Position numbers and translations under genes: made by a program | In this document: in pieces, positions 8,740 through 18,113 of the stretch | Position numbering within the stretch: position 1 is the stretch's first letter | Layout of the letters: the number at the start of each line of letters is the position of its first letter | Assembly: GCF_900083515.1 (NCBI RefSeq) | Contig: NZ_LT671858.1 | Span: 510,001 to 542,000 of the forward strand | Source: Cuniculiplasma divulgatum | GTDB lineage: Archaea; Thermoplasmatota; Thermoplasmata; Thermoplasmatales; Thermoplasmataceae | Length of the DNA: 32,000 nucleotides | Reading direction: 5' to 3' | The notes under the pieces: model-generated | What the model saw: the letters and a program-made list of their open reading frames with translations, nothing else | What the model was told of the DNA's origin: nothing | The model's database searches: none

Positions 8740-9633
8740 ATGAAGGTTTGTTTAAGCATATTCTGCGTGATGATGTTTTTATTCACTATGGTTCAAGCCA
8801 CATCAGGGTTACAGAACTCAGAATTTGGTGAAAGTGCTTCAAAGGTAAATGTCACTCCGGATCTGGATTATGGGGAAGTTTTATGTACAAAACCATATAG
8901 TAATTTACATTCACGTAATACATTTTCTGGAGGTTGTGCATGTCTGGAGATTCACCCATGTCTGGTTGTATATCAAAATTATAACAGTGGTACAGGTGAA
9001 CCACAAAAGTGTTATGTAATTGAGTATCAAATTGAAACTTTAATGAATGCATATCAGGGAAAAGGATACCAGATAATGGGCGGAGAACCGCAGGTTGGTT
9101 CACAAACATATTGTAACTTTAAAGGGGATAATGGTGGGTGGACAGGTCTTCTTACCATTGAATACCCTGCCTGTTCACCTGATGCACCGAGCAGTACTAA
9201 TAGACCTGCATGCTGGCAGTCTAACTGCAATAATATAGCTCTTAATGCAGTTCCCAACAAGGAAATAGGTGTGGGAAAATCCGTAACATGTACATTCAAA
9301 TCTGGATTTAGCGCAGGAGGAGGAGCTTGTGGAGCTTCTGTAGGTGCATCTTTCAGCAATAGTATATCAATAAACTATCATGCAGTTTGTATTGACCCAG
9401 TTGAGTTAAACAAAAATTGCCTATATTATAAAACATCAGATAATTTAGGGGAAACAACTTCTTCACAAATAACAACTTTCACAACTTATGTAGGAACAGC
9501 TTTTCCTATAAGCAACGAATGGACGCACATTTATGTCGTAGAAGATCTCCACTTCGTGACCTGTGGATTAAATGATAGAAGATATGGTGGAGAAACCTTA
9601 ACTGTAGGTGGAGGATTTAACGTAGATGCATAA
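8740..9633 (+). CDS. Secreted cysteine-rich protein of unknown family (signal peptide, 14 Cys in the mature part)
   Basis: MKVCLSIFCVMMFLFTMVQA|TSG looks like a signal peptide. The mature part is Gly/Ser/Thr/Asn-rich with an even Cys count and an alternating hydrophobic/polar Gly-Ser segment at residues ~182-219. I recognise no family. Confidence 0.65.
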   Translation: MKVCLSIFCVMMFLFTMVQATSGLQNSEFGESASKVNVTPDLDYGEVLCTKPYSNLHSRNTFSGGCACLEIHPCLVVYQNYNSGTGEPQKCYVIEYQIETLMNAYQGKGYQIMGGEPQVGSQTYCNFKGDNGGWTGLLTIEYPACSPDAPSSTNRPACWQSNCNNIALNAVPNKEIGVGKSVTCTFKSGFSAGGGACGASVGASFSNSISINYHAVCIDPVELNKNCLYYKTSDNLGETTSSQITTFTTYVGTAFPISNEWTHIYVVEDLHFVTCGLNDRRYGGETLTVGGGFNVDA

Positions 9634-9708
9634 TTATTCTAATTATTTTCCCAGGCAAATCTTTAAGTAGTGGTAGAAATTGATAATTCATAATCTGGAG
9701 ATAATCAA

Positions 9709-10593
9709 ATGAAAAAGGCAACAAAAGGTCTGGTAATTATTATCCTTTTGATAATTTTAATATTTACTGGAATAAAAATATATGAATTAAGTATTAAAAA
9801 TCATTATGCTCTTTCTGTAAGCATTCAGTCAAGTTGTGTATCGCCAGGGATAGGAACAAATATCACAATTCAGATGACTGAAACTGGTCACACAGAATAT
9901 TCCTTGAATCACGGTGTATTAGATGCAATTTGTATTTTCTATATTGGTAATAGCACATTCAATCAAAAATGGATTCCAAATAGTGTAAATTATTATTCAA
10001 ATGCAAGAAGCCTAAGTAGAGACGCTTGCTGTAATTATTCAACCTTTTACCGAATAAGTTCACTAGGTGAACAGGTGCCTATAAATTCCCTTTCTGGAAC
10101 TGGAACAACAACACTAACGTTGCACTGGAATGGTACAGTTCAGGTTACACCGATCAATTGCTGTAATAAGATTGGCAAGCAATACGAGTCAGCACTCCCT
10201 GGAAACTATGTTGTAATACCAAGTATTAACTTTAAAAATAACAACCCCTGTAGAACAAGTTACTATCTATCAAACGATATGATTACAGTAAAGGGACCAG
10301 AAATAGGTTATGAAAATAATAGTAGTAACATTAGTCTTAGAGCATCGTTTATAGGACACATACAAAGGAATCCCATTCAATTAGAATTTGTTAACAGTTT
10401 TGTTAACACAGGAAAGAATAATAATAGTGTACCGATCTTATTATATTACAAAAACCTAACCATTAACAGTAATAAGGCTGTATATCTGCCAAAATATAAC
10501 AAAACTATGGAAAGCAATTTCATTGTTACCAATATTTATGAAAAATGGAACAACTTTACTTGGAAGTGGAGGGAGATCAGGTATGCAATATAA
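9709..10593 (+). CDS. N-terminally membrane-anchored extracellular protein, rich in N-glycosylation sequons, unknown family
   Basis: KK + LVIIILLIILIFTG transmembrane anchor, about 10 N-x-S/T sequons, and paired Cys motifs (DACCNYS, INCCNK). GGAG lies 12 nt upstream of the ATG. The 3' end overlaps the ABC ATPase start. Confidence 0.6.
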   Translation: MKKATKGLVIIILLIILIFTGIKIYELSIKNHYALSVSIQSSCVSPGIGTNITIQMTETGHTEYSLNHGVLDAICIFYIGNSTFNQKWIPNSVNYYSNARSLSRDACCNYSTFYRISSLGEQVPINSLSGTGTTTLTLHWNGTVQVTPINCCNKIGKQYESALPGNYVVIPSINFKNNNPCRTSYYLSNDMITVKGPEIGYENNSSNISLRASFIGHIQRNPIQLEFVNSFVNTGKNNNSVPILLYYKNLTINSNKAVYLPKYNKTMESNFIVTNIYEKWNNFTWKWREIRYAI

Positions 10594-11437
10594 TTCACTA
10601 ATAGAGTGTGAGAAAGTTTCAAAAACATATGGAATTTTTAGAAAAAACCGGGCACTTGATAATGTAAGCTTAAACATAAAGAAGGGAGAAATTGTTTGCA
10701 TAGTAGGACCAAACGGTGCAGGAAAAAGCACACTACTAAAAATACTGGCCAATGTAATTGCCAATTATCAGGGAAGAATCTCTGTCTTTGGAAAAATAAG
10801 ATATGTCCCAGAAAATTCTGTGTATTTTCAAAACATGACTGGCAAAGAAAATCTAAACTACTATGCTAAAATATTTGGAAAAACTAAAGCAGATGTAATT
10901 AAAATCATGGAAAAATTAGATCTGAAGGATTCTAAAGTAATTGCAAATGGATATTCAAAGGGAATGAAGAGGAAGTTGGATATTGCCAAGGCAATGATAG
11001 CAGAGTCCGATATATTATTAATGGACGAGCCCTTCGATGGTCTGGAACCAAAGATATGTGACGAACTTATCTCATACATAATGGAGTTGAAATCTGCTGG
11101 GTACTCCTTTATAATTAGCAGTCATGAACTGTCAAAAGTTCAAAAAATCTCAGACAGGATAATATTTCTCAACGCGGGAAAAATCAAAACAGAGGAAAGT
11201 ATTGTATCAAATAAATATATTTATATCGAGTTTGAAGGTGAATACAATTTTTCAGAGCGTATAGATGATAAGAGTGTGGAAATGATAGAAAAAGGAGAAA
11301 ATTATACAATTATAAAGATAATTGAAGAAAGACCGCAATGGGAGGTAATAGCAAATCTTATTTCCAAAGGTTTAAAAATTACCTCATTTTCCAGGGAATC
11401 CCTTGAATCCCTTTACAGGAGGGTATATGAAAAATAA
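10583..11437 (+). CDS. ABC transporter ATP-binding protein (ABC-2 / drug-lantibiotic exporter type)
   Basis: Walker A GPNGAGKST, signature-like YSKGMKRKLDIAKA, Walker B ILLMDEPFDGLEP, H-loop SSHEL. The ATG at 10583 is preceded by GGAGGGAG. Track residues upstream of it overlap the previous gene. Confidence 0.9.
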   Translation: MQYNSLIECEKVSKTYGIFRKNRALDNVSLNIKKGEIVCIVGPNGAGKSTLLKILANVIANYQGRISVFGKIRYVPENSVYFQNMTGKENLNYYAKIFGKTKADVIKIMEKLDLKDSKVIANGYSKGMKRKLDIAKAMIAESDILLMDEPFDGLEPKICDELISYIMELKSAGYSFIISSHELSKVQKISDRIIFLNAGKIKTEESIVSNKYIYIEFEGEYNFSERIDDKSVEMIEKGENYTIIKIIEERPQWEVIANLISKGLKITSFSRESLESLYRRVYEK

Positions 11438-12332
11438 TCAAAGAAAGGTAATAGGAGTAGAATTTCTTAGAAATATGACAGACTTTAGACGAGGGTTATT
11501 GTATTTTATCGTCATATTTTCTCTGGCATTTCTTTCACTTTTATCTGTAGAAACTATCAAGGGTTCAATATATGATTATAACGGTCTTGGTAGTATAGCA
11601 ATTGATGTTATATTTTATTCTTTTTATAACAATGTAGTTTTTTATGCGTGCATACTTTTTGCCGCTATAGGCGCATTCCTCATTTCAACAGATTATGAGG
11701 GTGGTGTTATAGGTGTTAATAATTCTATGGGCATTCCCACACTAAAAATAATTTGGGGAAAGGCTCTATTTCTTTATGTATTAATTCTGATTAATCTGTT
11801 TATAGACTTCTCAATTGCATTTGCATTTTTTCACAATAATTCTACTGTGACGTTAAGTTACATTAATCTTCATTCTTTCATGATATTTATCCTATGGATA
11901 AGTCTTATAGAAATGCTGTTTGTTTTAATCGGAATCCTTATAGGTACAGTGTTTGCAAAGAGAATAAACTCTATCATAGCTGCACTAGCTGGAGGTTTTC
12001 TTATAGAGACCCTTGGATCGGGATATGGAACCAAACTAATATCTTTGAGAAACTTCAGACAGGTATGTATATTTCATGGTTCTACGACAAGTTACCTTCA
12101 AACTGCTGTAAATCCAATTTCATTGAAATCCTTTTTGGCCGTATTTCTAAACTTTTATTCCAATGAATATACCAATCCAAACTGTGCAAGTTCAAATACA
12201 ATATCTTACTCAACTTCAATTCTCTACATGCCATCAAATTATTTTTTATATGTACTTCAGGCTGTGATTTATCTAGCTGTCGTAATATCCGTTATAATAA
12301 TAGGGGTAAGAATAAGGAGGAGGTATTACTAA
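11427..12332 (+). CDS. ABC-2 family transporter permease
   Basis: About 6 predicted TM segments. STDYEGGVIGV...IPTLKIIWGKAL resembles the ABC-2 'e.e.gT...l..p.sr..i..gK' block. The ATG at 11427 is preceded by AGGAGG and overlaps the ATPase stop. Confidence 0.75.
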   Translation: MKNNQRKVIGVEFLRNMTDFRRGLLYFIVIFSLAFLSLLSVETIKGSIYDYNGLGSIAIDVIFYSFYNNVVFYACILFAAIGAFLISTDYEGGVIGVNNSMGIPTLKIIWGKALFLYVLILINLFIDFSIAFAFFHNNSTVTLSYINLHSFMIFILWISLIEMLFVLIGILIGTVFAKRINSIIAALAGGFLIETLGSGYGTKLISLRNFRQVCIFHGSTTSYLQTAVNPISLKSFLAVFLNFYSNEYTNPNCASSNTISYSTSILYMPSNYFLYVLQAVIYLAVVISVIIIGVRIRRRYY

Positions 12333-12866
12333 GTGTTAATTAAAAGAAGATTTATAGTTATAGTAGTGGTAGTTGTATTCGTATTTGCGTCATATTACGT
12401 GTTTGTGCAACAAAGGAATGATCAAGTGAATAATAAGGAAAAGATTGTATTTCCTCCAGATTATAAGGTTTTGATAAATAAGACCTTTTACTTATCAACA
12501 CCATCCTATGATAAATGCGGGCAAGTTTATTCAGAAAATCTTACAAAGTTCTACATAGATGATAATGTAAATTTCACCAATTATTGCCTTGAGTATAATT
12601 CAAGTTATGGTTCCTTTATTTACATCAAATCAATGGTAAATAAAAATACATTAGAGTGCTGTAACTGTAAGGTTATTAGCATTTCTGGAAGAGAAAATAT
12701 GGGAGGTGGCTTTATTTATTGTAAAGGTTCAAAATATAAAATTTCTTCAAGAGGAGAATGGGAAATAGAGATACAAACAAATTACAAAGCCTCTTTAAAA
12801 GTGCTTTTATGTACCTATGCAGGAGATAAATCTTTCAATCCACATCATCCTCAAACTACAAATTAA
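12333..12866 (+). CDS. N-terminally membrane-anchored Cys-containing protein, unknown family
   Basis: The GTG start abuts the permease stop and follows AGGAGGAGG. FIVIVVVVVFVFASYYVFV is a TM anchor. The extracellular part has 7 Cys including ECCNCK and several sequons. Confidence 0.55.
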   Translation: MLIKRRFIVIVVVVVFVFASYYVFVQQRNDQVNNKEKIVFPPDYKVLINKTFYLSTPSYDKCGQVYSENLTKFYIDDNVNFTNYCLEYNSSYGSFIYIKSMVNKNTLECCNCKVISISGRENMGGGFIYCKGSKYKISSRGEWEIEIQTNYKASLKVLLCTYAGDKSFNPHHPQTTN

Positions 12867-13138
12867 TCTTTTGAAGTGTAATTTCATATCAAAGGGCTCG
12901 TTTCACTGGATAATCAGTACATGGTATGAGACTTTTAAGTTTTACTTTAGTAATAAAAGAGCTTAAAATTTTACTGGTTAAGATAATTCTGTTCAATGAA
13001 TATGGTCATAGTATTTATCACCATTTCTGAAAGCCTGTTTGATTCATGCACATTGAAATCTCTATATAATTTTTCTTATGCGTGATAAATTGATGAGAAC
13101 GCAACTTAATTTTTTTGATCTGATAGAACGTCTCAATC

Positions 13139-14503
13139 TTAGTGAGAATTTTCATCCCTCATCATTCTATTTATAACATCAATTTCTGAAGCTCCCCTGT
13201 CTACTCTATACACATCAAAAGCTTCCCTTCTTCTTATAATATCCTCTGAAAATATCGCGCATTCGTGTTCCATTTCATACCTGTAGAGTCTCTCTCCATT
13301 TAGATCAGGTCTCTCATAATCAATTACCGGCATGTTTTTTATATTAATTTTTCTACCACTCAATTTTTCGTATATTTTTGCGACTTTCCTGGCCGCCGAT
13401 CTGTAATCTGTGAGTTTTCCACCAAATATGTTAATGAAATACTTGTCATATTTCACAGTTAAACCTCTTGAAATAGACCCAGGATTATCACCATTTCCAT
13501 ACAGGGGCCTTATTCCAGCAAAGGAATAGCTTATATCATTTTTTTCCAGGTCCTTATAAATGCGCCTAGCACTCTGAATTATATAATCCACATCTATCTC
13601 TGAAATATTGAAATCATTAGGATCATCAACAAAGTTATCAGTTGTGCCAATGATCGTAACTTCTCCTCTGGGTATTATGAACATCTGTCTCCTATCCAGA
13701 TGACTTCTGAAAACTATAGCATCTGTGGTTGGAGCCTTTTCATGAGGCACAACAATATGAATCCCCTTACTTAGCCTGAGATTAACATTATTACCATTTT
13801 CCAGATTTCTATAAACCTGACCCGACCAGGGACCAGCTGCATTTATACAAATCCGTGCTTTAACATTGAATTCGCGATTCTTAACTCTGTCCATTACCCT
13901 TAGTTCAATCAAATTTTCAGTAGGAGTGGCATTGAGAACTTCGCAGTAATTTAAGCATTTTGCCCCGTGAATTACTGAAGATACAATATTGTATATGGTC
14001 AATCTGCAGTCATCGGAGAAAGCATCTCTATAGGTGAAATATCCAGCGACTTCCTTTCCATACTCTCCATTATTTTTTGACATTCTGGGAACACTTATTC
14101 GTTTGCTCAAAATATTATAGATAAAAAGTCCTGCTCTCATAGTCCTTTTTTTCCACGAATATGGATCTATCAATATCCTGAAATTCATATATTTCACTAT
14201 ATTCGTGTTTCTTGCCAGATAATCTCTTTCCCTGAGTAAAGTTTTAACTTCGCGAAATCTAAATTCTGCAAGATACCTTAATCCGCCATGTATCAGTTTG
14301 GAAGACCCAGAACTGGTACCAGAAGCAAAATCATTTCGTTCAAGTAAGATAACTTTAACACCATTCTCGGAAAGTATATTGGCCACACCTGCACCAGTAA
14401 TGCCTCCACCGATTATGGCAACATCGTAAATATCCTGATCCTGAGTGTTGATACAATTCTCTCTTGTATCTCTGTTAAAGGGGGGAGTGATTGCATCCTG
14501 CAT
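13139..14503 (-). CDS. glpD: FAD-dependent glycerol-3-phosphate dehydrogenase (GlpA/GlpD family)
   Basis: YDVAIIGGGITGAGVA dinucleotide fold followed by FASGTSSGSSKLIHGGLRYL, which is diagnostic of GlpA/GlpD. The start is placed at MQDAITPPF (14503). The 14545 start would leave only 16 nt to the divergent gene. Confidence 0.88.
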   Translation of the reverse strand: MQDAITPPFNRDTRENCINTQDQDIYDVAIIGGGITGAGVANILSENGVKVILLERNDFASGTSSGSSKLIHGGLRYLAEFRFREVKTLLRERDYLARNTNIVKYMNFRILIDPYSWKKRTMRAGLFIYNILSKRISVPRMSKNNGEYGKEVAGYFTYRDAFSDDCRLTIYNIVSSVIHGAKCLNYCEVLNATPTENLIELRVMDRVKNREFNVKARICINAAGPWSGQVYRNLENGNNVNLRLSKGIHIVVPHEKAPTTDAIVFRSHLDRRQMFIIPRGEVTIIGTTDNFVDDPNDFNISEIDVDYIIQSARRIYKDLEKNDISYSFAGIRPLYGNGDNPGSISRGLTVKYDKYFINIFGGKLTDYRSAARKVAKIYEKLSGRKINIKNMPVIDYERPDLNGERLYRYEMEHECAIFSEDIIRRREAFDVYRVDRGASEIDVINRMMRDENSH

Positions 14504-14561
14504 GCAGGGGAAATATCCAGTCAGGATAAAATGTTTTAACTGCATATGGATTTAGGTAAAA

Positions 14562-15287
14562 ATGGGATTCAACATCATTGGTCATAGAGGAGTACCTGAT
14601 TCGTTTCCTGAGAACAGCATGAAATCGTTCCAGCAGGCGAAAAACTGCGGTTTATATGGCATAGAACTTGATGTACAGATCACTAAAGATAGCAAGATTG
14701 TCGTTTTCCATGATTCTACGCTTAAAAGGGTAACCGGTGCTGAAGGCTCTGTCAGCGACTATTCGTATTCAGAGATTTCTAAACTTAATTTACTGGAAAG
14801 TGATCAGAAGATACCTCTACTTGGAGATGTGCTGAAGAAATTCCAGGATTTGAAGATATTTATAGAACTTAAGACAAGGGATGAATTTGGGAACAGGATA
14901 AATGAGGGTCTCGAGACTGCACTTCATAACACCCTGCAGAATTTTAGCAAGGAGAATCTAATCCTGATATCCTTTGACGTCGTGGCCATAAGGGAAATGA
15001 AGGAGATGAACCTTAATTATAGAACAGGACTGGACATAGGCGAGGAAACCAGAATTATGCTGGATAGTATGCTGAAATCCAAGGTGCCAGGATTTATAGA
15101 TTGCATTCTCCCTCAGTTTTCTTTGCTAAGTTATCCAGAATACAGTGAACTTAATAGACTGGGAAAGAAAATAATTCCGTGGACTATAAATGATAAAAAG
15201 GAACTAAATGTTTTAAGGACAATGAATATTGACACATTTCTCTCAGATCGTGGATGTGATCTCCTGAGAGAAATTGAAGAAAATTAA
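14562..15287 (+). CDS. ugpQ: Glycerophosphodiester phosphodiesterase (GDPD family), cytoplasmic type
   Basis: IIGHRGVPDSFPENS...GIELDVQITKDSKIVVFHD is the GDPD catalytic N-terminal signature. No signal peptide. Confidence 0.88.
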   Translation: MGFNIIGHRGVPDSFPENSMKSFQQAKNCGLYGIELDVQITKDSKIVVFHDSTLKRVTGAEGSVSDYSYSEISKLNLLESDQKIPLLGDVLKKFQDLKIFIELKTRDEFGNRINEGLETALHNTLQNFSKENLILISFDVVAIREMKEMNLNYRTGLDIGEETRIMLDSMLKSKVPGFIDCILPQFSLLSYPEYSELNRLGKKIIPWTINDKKELNVLRTMNIDTFLSDRGCDLLREIEEN

Positions 15288-15296
15288 ATCTATTTC

Positions 15297-17972
15297 TCAT
15301 TTCTTCTTATCCTTCAAGGCTGCCCTGGCTGCTGATAATCTTGCAATTGGAATCCTGTATGGAGAAGCCGAAACATAATCCAGTCCAATCTTATGGCAGA
15401 ATTCTATTGTTTCAGGGTCTCCTCCCTGTTCTCCACATATCCCAATTTCAAGGTTTTTGTTTCCCTTTCTTCCTCTTTCCACGGCCATCTTCATTAGTTC
15501 GCCCACACCTTCGGCATCCACAGTCCTGAATGGATCATTTGGTACTATTTTTTCCTCGAGATATTTTGCCATGAATTTTCCCTCCGCATCGTCTCTGCTG
15601 TAACCGAATGTCATCTGAGTCAGATCGTTTGTGCCAAAGGAAAAGAAATCAGCATAAGCAGCGATCTTATCTGCGACCACACAAGCTCTTGGTATCTCAA
15701 TCATCGTTCCAAATTTATAGCTGATATTGTAGTGACCTTTTTCATCAAGAGCCACCTTCTCCAATCTCTCCCTTAGAATCGATAGCTCTCTCTCCGTGCC
15801 AACAAGGGGTATCATTATTTCAGGTATGATCTTCTTTCCTTCGCTCATTACGTTTATTGCAGCCCTTATGATCGCCCTTACCTGCGTTTCATAAATCTCA
15901 GGGAAACTTATCCCAAGTCTGCATCCCCTGAATCCAAGCATTGGATTGAATTCTTCCAGCGACCTAATAACACCCAGCATCTCATTCTCTCGATTTATAC
16001 CTGTCATTAGCTCGTCGATTTCTTTCAGTTCGTTTGCCTTTATCATTTTAATTTTCAGTGAGTATATCCTGTTCAGCACTTCCTCCTTATCTGGCAGGAA
16101 CTCGTGCAGGGGCGGATCGAGTAATCTTATGATCACCGGGAAGCCTTCCATTGTCCTGAAGAATTCTGTGAAATCTGAAATCTGCATCGGAAGCAGTTTT
16201 GTGAGATTGAACTGCCTGTCTTCAGCATTTTTGCTCATAATCATAGATCTCATTATTTCTATTCTGTCACCACCAAGAAACATCCTCTCTGTTCTGGCCA
16301 GCCCAATTCCCTCACCACCGTTTCTCCTGGCAATTATTGCCTCCTCCGGAGTATTGGCATTAGATCTTATACCTAATTTTCTGTATGTATCAGACCACTT
16401 CAGTAGAACCTCTATGTGCTCCCCTACCTGAGACTCCTCGAGATCTGTAACACCAAGAAGGAATTCTCCATTGGTACCATCAACGGTTATAATATCACCC
16501 TCTCTCAGAATGGTTCCATCTATGGTAAGAGACCTTTCCCGGACATTAACCTTCATGGATTCTACACCAACCACTGCAGGTTTTCCCATGGCTCTCGAGA
16601 CGACAGCCGCATGTGATGTCATACCACCCTTCTGGGTTAGGAAACCTTCAGATACTGACATTCCTCTCACATCATCTGCTGTGGTTTCTGGTCTTACCAG
16701 AATTACCTTAACCTTATTCCTAGAAAGTTCCACTGCCCTGTCTGATGAAAATACTATCTGCCCTATGGCTGCTCCCGGCGAGGCAGCAAGTCCATGGCCC
16801 AGAACTCTCTCCTTCCCACTCTTCTTAACCTGTGGATGGAATAGTATATCAAGAGATTCAGGTGAAACTCTTAACACTGCTTCCTCCATGGTTATCAATC
16901 CTTCCTTTGCCATTTCAACGGCTATCCTCACAGTGGCCCTTGCACTTCTCTTACCATTCCTTGTCTGCAGCATGAAGAATTTTCCATTCTCAATTGTGAA
17001 TTCCATATCCTGCATGTCTCTGTAATTTTTTTCAAGGATTTCCGCTGATTTAACAAAGTCTCTGTAGGCATCAGGTAGCTGTTTCTCTAGCTCTGAAATT
17101 TTTCTCGGTGTTCTTATTCCTGCTACAACATCCTCACCCTGTGCATTCAGAAGGTATTCGCCGAAAAGTTCTTTTTCTCCAGTGTTGGGGTTTCTGGTAA
17201 ACGCAACACCGGTTGCTGAATTATTACCTGTGTTACCGAATACCATGCTTACGATGTTTACAGCTGTTCCAAGATCATTGCTTATTTTATTGATCTCCCT
17301 ATATGCAATTGCTCTTGGTGAATTCCATGAATTAAAAACTGCTTCTATGGACAGAAACAGCTGTTTTTCAGGATCCTGTGGAAAGGTCTTCCCGTGTTTT
17401 TTGTATACTTCATCAAATTCCTTTCCTATCTCTTCCAGTTCATCAGCCTTCAAATCGGTATCATTTTTCCTTCCATACTTTTCCTTTTTTTCCTGAATAA
17501 TTTCCTCGAACTCGTCATGGGGCAGGTTATAGACAACAGTTCCAAACATTTGCTTTAACCTTCTATAGGAATCCAGGGCAAATCTTCTGTTTTTAGTGGA
17601 TTCAGTAAGTCCTTTTAGAGATCTATCATTCAAACCCACATTCAGAATGGTATCCATCATTCCAGGCATGCTAATGGGTGCTCCTGATCTCACTGAAACA
17701 AGTAGAGGATTTTTATCGCTACCAAAACCCTTTCCTGTCTTTTTTTCCAGAACCTTCATATTTTCTTTTATGGAATCATTTAGACCTTCGGGCATCTTAT
17801 TACTCTTCTGATAGGCAATGCATGCTTTGGTTGTAATGATAAAACCATCAGGAACGTTTAATCCCAGCTTTTTCATTTCTGCAAGACCTGCTCCCTTGCC
17901 ACCCAGAAGGTTTGCCATTTCCTTTCCTCCCTCTTCAAAAGTATAAATATACCTGTTTCCCTGTTCTTTCAT
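15297..17972 (-). CDS. ppdK: Pyruvate, phosphate dikinase
   Basis: 891 aa. N-terminal ATP-grasp (LLGGKGAGLAEM), phosphohistidine swivel motif GGMTSHAAVVSRAMG, and C-terminal PEP-utilising TIM barrel (FFSFGTNDLTQM, ICGEQGGDP). Confidence 0.97.
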   Translation of the reverse strand: MKEQGNRYIYTFEEGGKEMANLLGGKGAGLAEMKKLGLNVPDGFIITTKACIAYQKSNKMPEGLNDSIKENMKVLEKKTGKGFGSDKNPLLVSVRSGAPISMPGMMDTILNVGLNDRSLKGLTESTKNRRFALDSYRRLKQMFGTVVYNLPHDEFEEIIQEKKEKYGRKNDTDLKADELEEIGKEFDEVYKKHGKTFPQDPEKQLFLSIEAVFNSWNSPRAIAYREINKISNDLGTAVNIVSMVFGNTGNNSATGVAFTRNPNTGEKELFGEYLLNAQGEDVVAGIRTPRKISELEKQLPDAYRDFVKSAEILEKNYRDMQDMEFTIENGKFFMLQTRNGKRSARATVRIAVEMAKEGLITMEEAVLRVSPESLDILFHPQVKKSGKERVLGHGLAASPGAAIGQIVFSSDRAVELSRNKVKVILVRPETTADDVRGMSVSEGFLTQKGGMTSHAAVVSRAMGKPAVVGVESMKVNVRERSLTIDGTILREGDIITVDGTNGEFLLGVTDLEESQVGEHIEVLLKWSDTYRKLGIRSNANTPEEAIIARRNGGEGIGLARTERMFLGGDRIEIMRSMIMSKNAEDRQFNLTKLLPMQISDFTEFFRTMEGFPVIIRLLDPPLHEFLPDKEEVLNRIYSLKIKMIKANELKEIDELMTGINRENEMLGVIRSLEEFNPMLGFRGCRLGISFPEIYETQVRAIIRAAINVMSEGKKIIPEIMIPLVGTERELSILRERLEKVALDEKGHYNISYKFGTMIEIPRACVVADKIAAYADFFSFGTNDLTQMTFGYSRDDAEGKFMAKYLEEKIVPNDPFRTVDAEGVGELMKMAVERGRKGNKNLEIGICGEQGGDPETIEFCHKIGLDYVSASPYRIPIARLSAARAALKDKKK

Positions 17973-18113
17973 GATATAACCATATTTTATGACTTATAAA
18001 TGTTCACCTGATCAAAATCAGGAATAGAAAAAAAGTACTTTTTTATCAGTCATAGAATATATTTTTAAGAAATAAGTATTGAATTTAAGTCCATGATTAC
18101 ATAAGGTTTTAAT

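Noticed and set aside
11894-12166. 90-aa alternative-frame ORF inside the ABC-2 permease gene
   Set aside because: It is a same-strand, out-of-frame ORF within a gene whose main frame gives coherent TM helices. Nothing supports dual coding.
13082-13123. C/D-box sRNA-like motifs (GTGATA, TGATGA at 13091-13096, CTGA at 13120-13123) in the spacer downstream of glpD
   Set aside because: The C-like and D-like boxes are only ~23 nt apart. There are no C'/D' boxes and no terminal stem, so this is too short and incomplete for a C/D sRNA. It also lies in a T-rich terminator-like tract.
15946-17025. Long plus-strand ORFs (15946-16431 at 161 aa, 16471-17025 at 184 aa, and others at 17182-17496 and 17596-17811) inside the ppdK locus
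   Set aside because: They are entirely antisense to a full-length, motif-complete pyruvate,phosphate dikinase. Their translations are low-complexity Ser/Ile/Leu/Pro-rich text typical of shadow ORFs.
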